Below are positions 1 to 9,006 of a stretch of 64,000 nucleotides of DNA, in pieces (the first letter of the stretch is position 1; every line of letters starts with the position of its first letter). Position numbers and translations under genes: made by a program. Source of the stretch: Gemmatimonadales bacterium (lineage in GTDB: Bacteria; Gemmatimonadota; Gemmatimonadetes; Longimicrobiales; Gaopeijiaceae); assembly GCA_050181335.1 (NCBI GenBank), contig JBFXDG010000019.1, positions 302-64,301 on the forward strand, given 5' to 3'. Under the pieces are notes generated by a model that saw nothing but the letters and a program-made list of their open reading frames with translations, did not search any database and was not told the origin of the DNA.

Positions 1-41
1 CGCTCAGCCGAGCCGTACTAATCGCCCGTGAGGCTTGACCG
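1..41 (+). rRNA. rrl: 23S rRNA, extreme 3' end (partial, continues upstream of window)
   Basis: GCCGTACTAATCGCCCGTGAGGCTTGACC matches the conserved terminal segment of bacterial 23S rRNA (E. coli ...GGTACTAATGAACCGTGAGGCTTAACC). A 5S gene follows in the same orientation. Confidence 0.8.
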
Positions 42-310
42 ACTCCTTTCCCGCCAGTCCACTCACCTTAGCCGCACTTCGAACTCCGTTCGGAGCTGCA
101 GCTGGCCGTTACAGCTAGGCTTTCACACTCTCTCGACCTCGGTGGTTTATCCGCCGTTTGAGCGGTTCGATGTAATCGACCGAGCCGTTCAAATCGGATG
201 CAGCGCTAGGCGGACGAGGCGAGCGCCCGAGGAAGGGGTAGATCCCCTTTCGCAGGGCGCGAGTCCGAAGTCCAACGAAGCGATGCGCCGATTTCAACGG
301 CGAGCCATTG

Positions 311-424
311 CTGGCGATGATTGCGTAGAGGCTACACCCGTTCCCATCCCGAACACGGCCGTTAAGCTCTACCGCGCGGATGGTACTGCCGAGGCAGCTC
401 GGTGGGAGAGTACGTCGTCGCCGG
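311..424 (+). rRNA. rrf: 5S rRNA
   Basis: Conserved core CCCGTTCCCATCCCGAACACGGCCGTTAAGC...GGATGGTACTG...GGGAGAGTA. The ends CTGGCGATGA / TCGTCGCCGG pair as helix I. Confidence 0.9.
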
Positions 425-436
425 CTCTTTGCGGAG

Positions 437-476
437 CGGCCCGTCTGGTTTCAGCCAGGCGGGCCGTTCTTCATTT
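437..476 (+). terminator. Intrinsic terminator of the rRNA operon
   Basis: 12-bp GC-rich stem CGGCCCGTCTGG / CCAGGCGGGCCG (one G-U pair), 6-nt loop, then TTCTTCATTT. Confidence 0.7.
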
Positions 477-1271
477 CCGGGTCGGGCCGCGAACCAATCG
501 CAGGCGCCCGATCGCGGCCTCGTCGAGCTCGCGCTCCGCTCCGATCGCCAGCACGTCATGGTCGCTCGACCACGGACGAGTGGGCTCCGTTCGGCGCTCG
601 GCGATCTCCCAGGAATCGAAGATCCGGAAGTCGCGCTCCTCGAGGATGGCGCGGCATTCCTCGTAGACCTCCCGCCCGTGGGTGGAGATCAGCACCGCTT
701 GGTCGCCTCCGAGGAGCGGGCCGGCACCGCGCAGGACCCGAGCTTCCCCTCCCTCGACGTCGATCTTGAGCACGCTGGGCCGCCTCTCCAGGGCGAGATC
801 CGAGGCGAGCGCGGCGAGCGTGCGCACCGTCACCTCCTCGGGTCCGTGCCCGAGCCTGAACGCGACCGAGCTTCCGTGCCCGCCGAACGGAGAGACGCCC
901 TCGTGGTCACTCAGGGCCGCAGCGATCACGCGCACGTTGGCGACCCGATTCCATCGCAGATGGCGCTCGAGGAAGTGCCGGTTCACCCGGGCCGGCTCGA
1001 CCGCCACGACGGTGCCCGATGGTCCGACCCGCCGCGATGCCGCGAGCGTGACGAAGCCCTTGTGCGCACCGATGTCCCAGAAGACGTCGCCCGGTCGGGT
1101 GACGCATGCGAGCGCTTCGATCCGGTCGCGACCGAAGCGCCCGGATCCGTAGCCGCGGCCGAGGGCGGCGAGGCTCCACGCGAGCCCGCGATTGGCTCCC
1201 GAGCGTATGCGCACACGCACGCCGCCGAGCGCGCGTTGGCCGAGATCGCGGATCGGGTAGGGAAGCTGCAT
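471..1271 (-). CDS. FkbM-family SAM-dependent methyltransferase
   Basis: 266-aa ORF with 'VFWDIGAHKGFVTL', 'VVAVEP' and 'VLKIDVEGGE', typical of Methyltransf_21/FkbM. The opposite-strand ORFs here are Arg/Ser-rich shadows. Confidence 0.75.
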   Translation of the reverse strand: MQLPYPIRDLGQRALGGVRVRIRSGANRGLAWSLAALGRGYGSGRFGRDRIEALACVTRPGDVFWDIGAHKGFVTLAASRRVGPSGTVVAVEPARVNRHFLERHLRWNRVANVRVIAAALSDHEGVSPFGGHGSSVAFRLGHGPEEVTVRTLAALASDLALERRPSVLKIDVEGGEARVLRGAGPLLGGDQAVLISTHGREVYEECRAILEERDFRIFDSWEIAERRTEPTRPWSSDHDVLAIGAERELDEAAIGRLRLVRGPTRK

Positions 1272-1300
1272 GGCTCAATGTAGTTGGCTTAGCTTCCACG

Positions 1301-2209
1301 ATGACCACGCGATCCGGGTACGTCGCCATCGTGGGTCTGCCGAATGCCGGCAAATCCACGCTGCTCAACCGCTTCGTCGGCGAGCACCTGTCGATCGCCA
1401 CGTCCAAGCCCCAGACGACGTGGCAGCGTGTCACGGGCATCGTCACGGAGGGCGACACACAGATCGTCTTCCTCGACACGCCGGGACTGCTCGAGGCCCG
1501 CGACCTCCTGCAGCGCGCGATGTACGCCGCGGCCGTGGACGCGCTCGACGAGGCCGACGCGGCACTCCTCGTCGTGGACGGCAGCCGTCCGCCGGCAGCC
1601 GCGGACGTCGAGCGGATCGCAACGGCGCTGGACGGGGTCCGCGCGCCGATTCACGTGGCCATCAATCAGATCGATCGCGCGCAGCCGGGCGCGATCGAGG
1701 AGTGGGAGAGCAGGTTATCAGCCTCACGTTCCGCGACGTTCCATCGCATCTCCGCCAGGGACGGCACGGGCGTCGACGATCTCCTCGCCGCGTTGCGTGC
1801 CGATTTGCCGGAGGGACCGTTCCTCTTTCCGGAGGACGAGATCGCGTCGGCGCCGGTGCGCTTCTTCGTCGCCGAGCTCGTGCGAGAGACCGTCTTCGAG
1901 CTGTATCACCAGGAGATCCCGTACTCGGTGTTCTGCGAGGTGGCGGAGTTCCGCGAGGAGCAGGATCCCGTCTACATCCACGTCGACATCCTCGTGGAGA
2001 AGCCTTCCCAGAAAGGGATCCTGATCGGGAAGGCGGGCGCGGCGATTCGGGAGCTGGGCTCCGCGGCACGCGCCAAGATCGAGCACCTTCTGGGGCGGCG
2101 CGTGTACCTCGACCTGTGGGTCAAACCCCTCGATTCTTGGCGGAAGAATAAGGCCCAGCTGGGCCGGCTCGGCTTTCGCCTTCCGTTGGACGACGAAGGC
2201 CGCCGATGA
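1301..2209 (+). CDS. era: GTPase Era
   Basis: 'GYVAIVGLPNAGKSTLLN', 'DTPG', and a C-terminal KH-type region 'EIPYSVFCEVAEFRE...GILIGKAGAAI'. ATG at 1301 is in frame within track ORF 1106..2209. Confidence 0.95.
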   Translation: MTTRSGYVAIVGLPNAGKSTLLNRFVGEHLSIATSKPQTTWQRVTGIVTEGDTQIVFLDTPGLLEARDLLQRAMYAAAVDALDEADAALLVVDGSRPPAAADVERIATALDGVRAPIHVAINQIDRAQPGAIEEWESRLSASRSATFHRISARDGTGVDDLLAALRADLPEGPFLFPEDEIASAPVRFFVAELVRETVFELYHQEIPYSVFCEVAEFREEQDPVYIHVDILVEKPSQKGILIGKAGAAIRELGSAARAKIEHLLGRRVYLDLWVKPLDSWRKNKAQLGRLGFRLPLDDEGRR

Positions 2210-3210
2210 CGAAAGCCGCCGGACTGTGCGTCCTCCTCGTCACCGCGCTCGCCTGGGCCGCGGACGTCGCCGCGCAGGACGACCGCGGCTCGTCGGGCGA
2301 AGGCGCGCTGTTCCTGCTGCTCCCCGTCGGTGCTCAAGCGGTTTCCCTGGGGCGCGCGATGACGGCCGTCGAGGGAGCCGAAGGAGCGTTCTGGAACCCG
2401 GCGGGCCTGGCCTCCGTGGAGCGGAGCCTCCTCGTGGTCTTCCGAGGCGAGCAGGTCGCGGGCACCGCGACCGCCGTGTCGGGTCTCTTCGCGCGTCCGG
2501 GCGTGGGGACCGCCGGTGCGTCCTATCTCCTGCTCGACGTGGGCGACCAAGATCTGACGGATGGGGCGGGGAACGTCCTGGGAACCGTCTCGGTGCGAAA
2601 CCATCTGGGCGTGGTCTCCGCCGCCGCGCGAATCGCGACCAGGCTCAGCGCGGGCGTGAGCTTCAAGGTGGTCCAGTTCCGACTCTCCTGTCGTGGCTCG
2701 TCGTGTCCGGACCGTGGCACGACGGCGACGACGTACGCGTTCGACGTGGGGCTGCAAGGAAGCCCGTTCCAGGGGCTCCGTCTCGGCGCCATGGTCGCGC
2801 ACATCGGCCCCAAGCTCCAGGTCCTCAACGCCGAGCAGGCGGACCCGCTCCCGTCCCGCGTGCGCGTGGCCGCGTCGTACGACGTCGTTCATTTCTTCAC
2901 CGACAGCGACGACTTCGGCGGCTGGCTCGCGGTCGAGGTCCAGGATCGTCTCCGCGACCCTGGCGTCCCGTCCCTCTATCTCGGCACGGAGCTGACGGCG
3001 GGCACCACCGACGCGCTCTACCTGCGCGCAGGCTACGTGCTCTCGGACCTGTTCGACCGGCTCCGCGCGTCGGATCCGGAGGATGGAGCGCGGGTCGGCC
3101 TGGGCATCCAATACGGCCGGCTGGGGATGTCGATCGCCAAGTCGCTCGCCGTGTCGACGCTCACCGGCGAGACCGAGCCCGTGCACGTCACCTTGTCGAT
3201 CGGTTTGTGA
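2206..3210 (+). CDS. Outer-membrane beta-barrel protein (PorV/UPF0164-like)
   Basis: Signal peptide 'LLVTALAWAADVAAQ', 'FWNPAGLA' motif, and alternating beta-strand pattern to the C-terminus. ATGA overlap with the era stop. Confidence 0.6.
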   Translation: MTKAAGLCVLLVTALAWAADVAAQDDRGSSGEGALFLLLPVGAQAVSLGRAMTAVEGAEGAFWNPAGLASVERSLLVVFRGEQVAGTATAVSGLFARPGVGTAGASYLLLDVGDQDLTDGAGNVLGTVSVRNHLGVVSAAARIATRLSAGVSFKVVQFRLSCRGSSCPDRGTTATTYAFDVGLQGSPFQGLRLGAMVAHIGPKLQVLNAEQADPLPSRVRVAASYDVVHFFTDSDDFGGWLAVEVQDRLRDPGVPSLYLGTELTAGTTDALYLRAGYVLSDLFDRLRASDPEDGARVGLGIQYGRLGMSIAKSLAVSTLTGETEPVHVTLSIGL

Positions 3211-4013
3211 GGGCGCTCCACCGTGCCTGGGTGACCAGCCTGCTCGCGATCGGACTCGCGTCGCCGGTCGCGGCGGCGGGCCAGCGCATCCCCATGCGGC
3301 ACGCCTCGGCGCTCCAGGCCGCGGAGAGGGTCGACTGGGCGCCCGCTTCCGCTTCGCTCCTCCTGCCCGGGGCGGGCCAGCACCTCCTCGGCCAGAACCG
3401 GAAGTGGGCGTACCTGGCGCTCGAGGTCGCGGGCTGGGCGTTCTTCGCCGAGCGCCGGATCGCGGGGGGTGATTACCGAGCGCGCTACCGCGACCTCGCC
3501 TGGGAAAGGGCGCGCATCCAGGGCGGGGCGCGCATGGACGGGGACTTCGCGTATTACGAGCGCCTCGTCCACTGGACGCGCTCGGGGGCGTACGACGCCG
3601 ATGCCGGCACGCCGGGTCTCCAGCCCGAGCTCGACGAGAGCACGTTCAATGGGTCGGTATGGTCGCTCGCGACGCGCATCCACGCGGCGACGGGCCTGCC
3701 GGAGACCGACCCCGCCTATCAGAGCGCGTTGGCCTATTACAGCGGACATGCGTACGGCACCGAGTTCCTCTGGGACTGGAGCGGCACGCCCGGGGCGCAG
3801 TCGGAGTACGCGGAGCTCCTGGACACGAGCGACAGCCGATTCCGGCAGGCGACCACGATCCTCGGGGTGATCATCGCGAATCACGTGCTCTCCGCGACCG
3901 ACGCCTATCTGTCCGCGAGGGGACGTGTCGACGCGCCTCGGCTACGCGTCGCGCCCGACGACACCGTGGGCTCGCGCTGGAGCGTCCTCCTCACGGTGCC
4001 GCTGCCGCGATGA
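3207..4013 (+). CDS. Hypothetical membrane protein ('LLPGAGQ' motif, DUF5683-like)
   Basis: GTG at 3207 is in frame with the tail of track ORF 2226..4013 and overlaps the upstream stop (GTGA). High GC3. Two hydrophobic segments. Confidence 0.55.
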   Translation: MRALHRAWVTSLLAIGLASPVAAAGQRIPMRHASALQAAERVDWAPASASLLLPGAGQHLLGQNRKWAYLALEVAGWAFFAERRIAGGDYRARYRDLAWERARIQGGARMDGDFAYYERLVHWTRSGAYDADAGTPGLQPELDESTFNGSVWSLATRIHAATGLPETDPAYQSALAYYSGHAYGTEFLWDWSGTPGAQSEYAELLDTSDSRFRQATTILGVIIANHVLSATDAYLSARGRVDAPRLRVAPDDTVGSRWSVLLTVPLPR

Positions 4014-5971
4014 CCGCCCGACGCGCCAAGCCCCGGTCCCCGCGGGGACCTCGCCGTGCGTCCCCGACGAGAACCGTCGAGGGTGCGTTGACCGTCGGTC
4101 GGCGTGGAGACGCGTTCGTCCGCCCGGACGACGGTGGGGTGGACGTCTTCGTGCCGGGGGCCCGCGTGGGCAACGCCATGGACGGCGACCGCGTCATCGT
4201 CCGCATCGAGTCACGACGCCGCGGCAAGAATCCCGAAGGCACGATCGTCGAGATCCTCGAGCGTGCTCGCTCCACCGTCGTGGGGACGTTCCACCGGCAG
4301 AAGCGCGGCTCGTACGTCGTCCCGCTCGATCGCAAGCTCCAGCGTGAGGTGATGATCCCGAGCGATCGCGAGGGCGATGCCGAGGACGGCGACGTCGTGG
4401 TCGTCCGCCTGAGCGCACTCGGCTCCGGCCGCATGCGCCCGACCGGCTCGGTGGAGCAGGTGCTCGGCCGGCTCGCCGACCCCGGCGTGGATGTGCTCGC
4501 GGTCGCGCACGGCTTCGGGCTTCCGCTCGACTTCTCCGCCGACGTGCTCCGCGCGGCGGACGAAGCGGCCGCCTCACGCCAGCTCGATCCCGGCCGCGGA
4601 CGTGTGGATCGCACGCGTCTGTTGACATTCACGATCGATCCCGTGGATGCGCGCGATCACGACGACGCGCTCTCGATCGAGGTTTCGGACGACGGTGGCG
4701 CGGAGGTCGGCGTGCACATCGCCGACGTGTCGCACTTCGTCCGTCACGGAGACACGGTGGATCTCGAGGCCCGGGCGCGCGGCACCAGCGTGTACCTCGT
4801 GGACCGGGCGATTCCCATGCTTCCCGCCGTGCTCTCCTCCGACGTGTGCTCGCTCACCGCGGGCGACGACCGGCTCGCCGTCTCCGTGTTCATCGACCTC
4901 GATCGCGAGGGACGCGTGCGCGCGCGTCGATACGAGCGCACCCGGATCCGCTGTCGCTACGGTCTGGCCTACGAGGACGCGCAGGACGTGCTCGAGGGGC
5001 GTCGCTCGATCGACCGCGAGCTGGACGACGCGCTACGCAGGCTGGACGACTTCGCGCGTAAGATTCGGGCGGAGCGGCACGACCGAGGGGCTCTCGATCT
5101 CGACCTGCCCGAGGCGAAGGTGCTCCTCAACACCGAGGGCGAGCCGGTCGACATCCAGCGGCGTGACCGGCTGGACAGCCATCGCCTGATCGAGGACTTC
5201 ATGATCCTGGCCAACGAGGTCGTGGCCGCCGACCTGGCCGCGCGCGATCTCGGCGGCCTCTACCGCGTGCACGAGCCGCCGGCCGCGCAGAAGGCGGAGG
5301 AGCTCCGGGAGGCGCTCGGGCCCCTCGGCATCGACGTGCCGAAGCGCCGCAAGCTCAAGCCGAAGGACGTGCAGCACCTGCTCGAGGCACCTCGCAGTCC
5401 GGAGGCGCACGACCTCGTCTCCGCGCTCGTTCTGCGCACGCTGGCGAAGGCGCGCTACGACGTCGAGAACCTGGGTCACTTCGGGCTCGCGTCCGGCGGC
5501 TACACGCACTTCACCTCGCCCATCCGGCGATACCCGGATCTGATCGTCCACCGGGTGCTCGCCGCCGCCTTCCTGGACGGCGAGCGGCCGAGGGACCTCG
5601 ATGCGGAGGCGTTGAGTCGAATCGCCCAGACGTCGAGCGAGCGGGAGCAGGCCGCCGACGAGGCGGAGCGGGCCACCGTCGCGCTCAAGAAAGTCGAGTT
5701 CATGGAGCGCCACCTCGGAGACGTGTTCAGCGGGAGGGTGACCGGGGTGACGGCATTCGGTGTCTTCATCACCCTGGACGAGTACTTCGTGGACGGTTTG
5801 CTCCACGTCCGCTCGCTGGAGGACGACTTCTACCGCTTCAGCCCACGGGACTACGCCCTGGTCGGGGAGAGGAGAGGGCACCGCTACAGGCTGGGCGACC
5901 GGCTCCGGGTGCAGGTGTCGCGTGTGGACAAGGAGGCTCGCCACATAGATTTCACAGCGGTACGGGGCTAG
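4010..5971 (+). CDS. rnr: Ribonuclease R (RNB family exoribonuclease with C-terminal S1 domain)
   Basis: 'TFTIDPVDARDHDDALSIE' RNB motif, 'HFGLASGGYTHFTSPIRRYPDLIVHR', and S1-like 'GRVTGVTAFGVFITL'. ATGA overlap with the upstream gene. Confidence 0.9.
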   Translation: MTARRAKPRSPRGPRRASPTRTVEGALTVGRRGDAFVRPDDGGVDVFVPGARVGNAMDGDRVIVRIESRRRGKNPEGTIVEILERARSTVVGTFHRQKRGSYVVPLDRKLQREVMIPSDREGDAEDGDVVVVRLSALGSGRMRPTGSVEQVLGRLADPGVDVLAVAHGFGLPLDFSADVLRAADEAAASRQLDPGRGRVDRTRLLTFTIDPVDARDHDDALSIEVSDDGGAEVGVHIADVSHFVRHGDTVDLEARARGTSVYLVDRAIPMLPAVLSSDVCSLTAGDDRLAVSVFIDLDREGRVRARRYERTRIRCRYGLAYEDAQDVLEGRRSIDRELDDALRRLDDFARKIRAERHDRGALDLDLPEAKVLLNTEGEPVDIQRRDRLDSHRLIEDFMILANEVVAADLAARDLGGLYRVHEPPAAQKAEELREALGPLGIDVPKRRKLKPKDVQHLLEAPRSPEAHDLVSALVLRTLAKARYDVENLGHFGLASGGYTHFTSPIRRYPDLIVHRVLAAAFLDGERPRDLDAEALSRIAQTSSEREQAADEAERATVALKKVEFMERHLGDVFSGRVTGVTAFGVFITLDEYFVDGLLHVRSLEDDFYRFSPRDYALVGERRGHRYRLGDRLRVQVSRVDKEARHIDFTAVRG

Positions 5972-5983
5972 GCGCGCATTAGA

Positions 5984-6013
5984 TTGACATGGCCGCCGAC
6001 CGGGAAGTAACCT
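5984..6013 (+). promoter_or_regulatory. Candidate sigma70-like promoter (TTGACA-18 nt-TAACCT)
   Basis: TTGACA at 5984-5989 and TAACCT at 6008-6013, upstream of the GAGGA-preceded ATG at 6046. Confidence 0.25.
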
Positions 6014-6045
6014 CCCCCTCCGGTGCGCCCCCCGCACGAGGATCC

Positions 6046-7065
6046 ATGGCCTCCGACAAGACCATTCTCTATTTCGGCCCTCGTCGCAAAGCCCCCTCCG
6101 CGTTGGTCACCCGCTTCGCGCGGGAGAGCGGGCTGGAGGTCATCGAGGTAGGGACCACCGAGGAGGTCCGGTCGCTCCTCAACCGCTCGTACCCGGGGTG
6201 CGTGATCCTGGAGGCCGACTCCGACCCGGCGGGCATCGCCTCGCTGGCCCAGAGCCTCAAGCAGGACGTGTTCACCGGGATCGTTCCGCTCGTGGTCATG
6301 CTCCCGAAGTCCGACCCCGGCCTCGCGGCCGACATGCTCGCCGCGGGCGCGGACGAGGTGGTGACGGAGCACCTCCCCGAGCGCGAGTATCTCCTTCGTC
6401 TGGATCAGGTGCTCCGTCGCGCCGATCGCGACGTCTCGGTGCATCCCACCACGAGGCTCCCGGGGACGAACCACATCGCCCGCGACATGCAGGCTCGGCT
6501 CGAGGCGGGTGAGTTCTTCGCCGTCTGCTATGCGGATCTCGACCACTTCAAGGAATTCAACGATCGCTACGGGTACGCATACGGCGATGGCGTGATCCGA
6601 CTCCTGTCCAAGATCCTCAGGGACATGGTTCGGGGTCTCGCGCCGGGGGGGTTCGTCGGGCACATCGGCGGGGACGACTTCATCATGAATCTCCCGCTCG
6701 AGTACCTCGAGCGTACGTGTGACGAGATCATTCGGCTGTTCGACGATCTCATCCCCTATCAGTACACGGAGGAGGACCGGCGGGCAGGTTACTTTCTCGG
6801 CAAGGACCGGAGGGGCAATATCCATCGGATCCCGCTGATGGCGCTGTCCATCGGCGTGGTCACGAATCAGTTCCAGGTGTTCGAGCACACGGGGCAGATC
6901 AGCGAGCTCGCGGCGGAGATGAAGACCTACGCGAAGTCGTTGCCCGGCTCCAAATACGTCGTCGACCGCCGGCACCAGTCACCGGCGCTTCCCACGGCGG
7001 CTGCCACGGAGGCGGATATGCTCGCGAAGCAAGAGCAGCGTAGCCGCGCGGCCGCCGTCAAATAA
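6046..7065 (+). CDS. Pseudo-receiver / GGDEF-domain protein (GGDDF variant)
   Basis: GGDEF domain 'YADLDHFKEFNDRYGYAYGDGVIR...HIGGDDFIM'. The N-terminal CheY-like fold lacks the acidic pocket ('LYFGP', 'VILEAD'). ATG 6046 has GAGGA 5 nt upstream; the alternative start is ATG 5989. Confidence 0.8.
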   Translation: MASDKTILYFGPRRKAPSALVTRFARESGLEVIEVGTTEEVRSLLNRSYPGCVILEADSDPAGIASLAQSLKQDVFTGIVPLVVMLPKSDPGLAADMLAAGADEVVTEHLPEREYLLRLDQVLRRADRDVSVHPTTRLPGTNHIARDMQARLEAGEFFAVCYADLDHFKEFNDRYGYAYGDGVIRLLSKILRDMVRGLAPGGFVGHIGGDDFIMNLPLEYLERTCDEIIRLFDDLIPYQYTEEDRRAGYFLGKDRRGNIHRIPLMALSIGVVTNQFQVFEHTGQISELAAEMKTYAKSLPGSKYVVDRRHQSPALPTAAATEADMLAKQEQRSRAAAVK

Positions 7066-7082
7066 CTCAACCGAAGCGATCC

Positions 7083-7772
7083 ATGGTCATCACCGTCTCG
7101 TGCCCATCGTGCTCCAAGTCGTTCCCGGTCGACCCGGCCAAGGTCCCCGCGGGGGGCGTGAAGGTCCGCTGCAGCGCCTGCTCCGGAATCTTCCGCGTCG
7201 AGAAGCCGGAAGAACGCGCCGCGCCGCCGCCGCCGCCGCCGGCTGCCACCCCCGTGCCCGCGCCGACGGCGTCGGACATGGCGACCGAGCCGCTCGACAA
7301 CATCCAGATCGTGCCGCCGAGCGCGCCCGCTCCCGAGCCGCCGCCCCCGCCGCCTTCGCGCGCGCCCGCGCCGCCGGCCCGTCCGGCTGCCGCGCCCCCG
7401 CCGCCCCCTCGCAGCCCGACGCCCCCGCCTCGTCCGTCGGTGCCGCCGACGAGGCCGGCTCCGGCCCCGGCTCCGCCTGCCGCCGAGGCCCCCGCCGCGG
7501 GTGGCACGTTCCGCTTCGGCAAGCGCGACCCGACCGACAAGGCGAAGCGGCTAGCCCGCGTCCTCGTCTCGGACATGATCATGTACAACGCCGAGCGACA
7601 CCGTAACGCGCTCGAGAACGGGACGTTGACCAAGGACTTCGAGGACGAGATCGACAAGTCCTGGAAGGAGTTCGTCGATCAGGTCGGACCCGACGTCGCG
7701 GACGGTCCAGGACGGGATTTCTGGCGCGACGCCCTGAACGACATCCTCGCGAAGGGGGAGCGTCTCTTCTAG
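7083..7772 (+). CDS. MJ0042-type zinc-ribbon protein with a long poly-proline linker
   Basis: 'CPSCSKSF...VRCSACSGIFRV' zinc ribbon, Pro/Ala-rich linker, and a conserved-looking C-terminal helical domain. Confidence 0.7.
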   Translation: MVITVSCPSCSKSFPVDPAKVPAGGVKVRCSACSGIFRVEKPEERAAPPPPPPAATPVPAPTASDMATEPLDNIQIVPPSAPAPEPPPPPPSRAPAPPARPAAAPPPPPRSPTPPPRPSVPPTRPAPAPAPPAAEAPAAGGTFRFGKRDPTDKAKRLARVLVSDMIMYNAERHRNALENGTLTKDFEDEIDKSWKEFVDQVGPDVADGPGRDFWRDALNDILAKGERLF

Positions 7773-7844
7773 CGAGCCGATACACCGTCCGGGCGCGACC
7801 ACCTATATTCGGTCGCGTCGGCACCTCGCATCGGTGACGGAATG

Positions 7845-7873
7845 GGCCGCCCGCGCGGGCGGCCTCTTTCGTT
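7845..7873 (+). terminator. Intrinsic terminator after the zinc-ribbon gene
   Basis: GGCCGCCC / GGGCGGCC stem with GCGC loop, followed by TCTTTCGTT. Confidence 0.55.
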
Positions 7874-7895
7874 GGCGTCGGAGAAGGCGAACCTC

Positions 7896-9006
7896 ATGGC
7901 GATGAACAAGGAGCAGCAGACGCTGCTCGCACGGCTCGGCGAGCGCGTGCAGGAGCTCAGGGGGTACCTTTGACCTCGGGTCTCGCGAAGAGCGTCTGAA
8001 GGTCCTGGACGAGCAGATGGCCGCGCCCGGCTTCTGGACGAACCAGGAGGCCGCCCGGGCGACGATCGCCGAAGCCAACAAGCACAAGGCGTGGGTCGAG
8101 CCCTGGAAGGAGCTCGACACCAAGGTCGGAGAGCTCCGTGCCATGGCGGACCTCCTCGCGGAAGAGGAGGATGCCGAGCTGTCCGGCGAGCTGGAGCGCG
8201 CGCTCGCCGCCACGGAAACGGACGTCGAATCGCTCGAGCTGCGTACCATGCTCCAGGGCGAGGACGACCATCGCGAGGCGATCATCACCATCCATCCGGG
8301 TGCCGGCGGCACGGAGTCGCAGGATTGGGCGGAGATGCTGGTGCGCATGTACACGCGCTGGGCCGAGCGCCGCGGGTTCCAGGTGAACGTGCTGGACCTG
8401 CAGCCTGCTCAGGAGGCCGGGATCAAGAGCGCCACGATCGAGATCAAGGGCGAGAGCGCCTACGGATTCCTCAAGGCCGAGCGCGGCGTGCACCGACTCG
8501 TCCGCATCTCGCCGTTCGACGCGCAGTCGAGGCGCCATACGTCGTTCGCGAGCGTGTTCGTGTATCCGCTCGTGGAGGACGACATCCAGATCGAGATCGA
8601 CGAGTCCGATCTGCGCATCGACACGTTTCGTGCGTCGGGCGCCGGCGGCCAGCACGTGAACAAGACGGACTCGGCCGTTCGGATCACCCACGAGCCGACC
8701 GGAGTGGTGGTGTCGTGTCAGCAGGAGCGCTCGCAGCACAAGAACAAGAGCACCGCCATGAAGATGCTGCGTGCCGCGCTGTACCAGCGGGCGCTGGAGG
8801 AGAAGGAGAAGGAGCGCGCGGCGATCGAGGCCACCAAGGCCGACATCGATTTCGGCAGCCAGATCCGCTCGTACGTCTTCCAGCCGTATACGATGGTCAA
8901 CGATCACCGCACCGAGCTGAAGATCACCGACGTGCAACGCGTGATGGACGGAGACCTGGATCCGCTGATCGAGGCATACCTCAAGAGCTCCGCCCATCAG
9001 TCATGA
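7896..9006 (+). CDS. prfB: Peptide chain release factor 2, requires programmed +1 frameshift at 7968-7974
   Basis: Frame 0 runs ATG 7896 ... AGG GGG TAC CTT TGA (stop at 7971-7973). The +1 frame from GAC at 7972 joins track ORF 8017..9006, which carries 'SPF', 'GGQHVNKT' and 'RISPFDAQSRRHTSFASV'. Confidence 0.95.
7959..7974 (+). promoter_or_regulatory. prfB +1 frameshift site (SD-like AGGGGG + CTT TGA C)
   Basis: AGGGGGTACCTTTGAC is nearly identical to the E. coli autoregulatory site AGGGGGTATCTTTGAC. Confidence 0.9.

Noticed and set aside
28-769. ORFs 28..666 (+), 380..769 (+) and 115..297 (-) at the window start.
   Set aside because: They run through the 23S 3' end, the spacer and the 5S rRNA gene. 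They are non-coding.
2226-4013. Very long track ORFs 2226..4013, 8091..10541, 38656..40518, 48561..50648, 42503..44146, 51496..52638 and 21932..23143, taken at face value.
   Set aside because: Only their 3' portions are genic (starts at 3207, 9003, 39400, 49377, 43373, 52000 and 22334). The 5' extensions overlap better-supported genes in other frames and are Arg/Pro/Gly junk.
6046-7065. GGDD motif as a hint of a Cas10/cyclic-oligoadenylate-type polymerase or a Hypr-GGDEF (cGAMP) enzyme.
   Set aside because: The domain is a standard GGDEF fold with the PleD-type N and D guanine-specificity residues retained. No CRISPR or CARF/SAVED genes are nearby.
7200-7500. GCC/CCG-rich repetitive DNA, and the (GGC/GGT)n run at 33561-33600.
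   Set aside because: These are in-frame low-complexity coding sequence, a poly-Pro/Ala linker and a poly-Gly lipoprotein tether. They are not a CRISPR array, satellite or mobile-element repeat.
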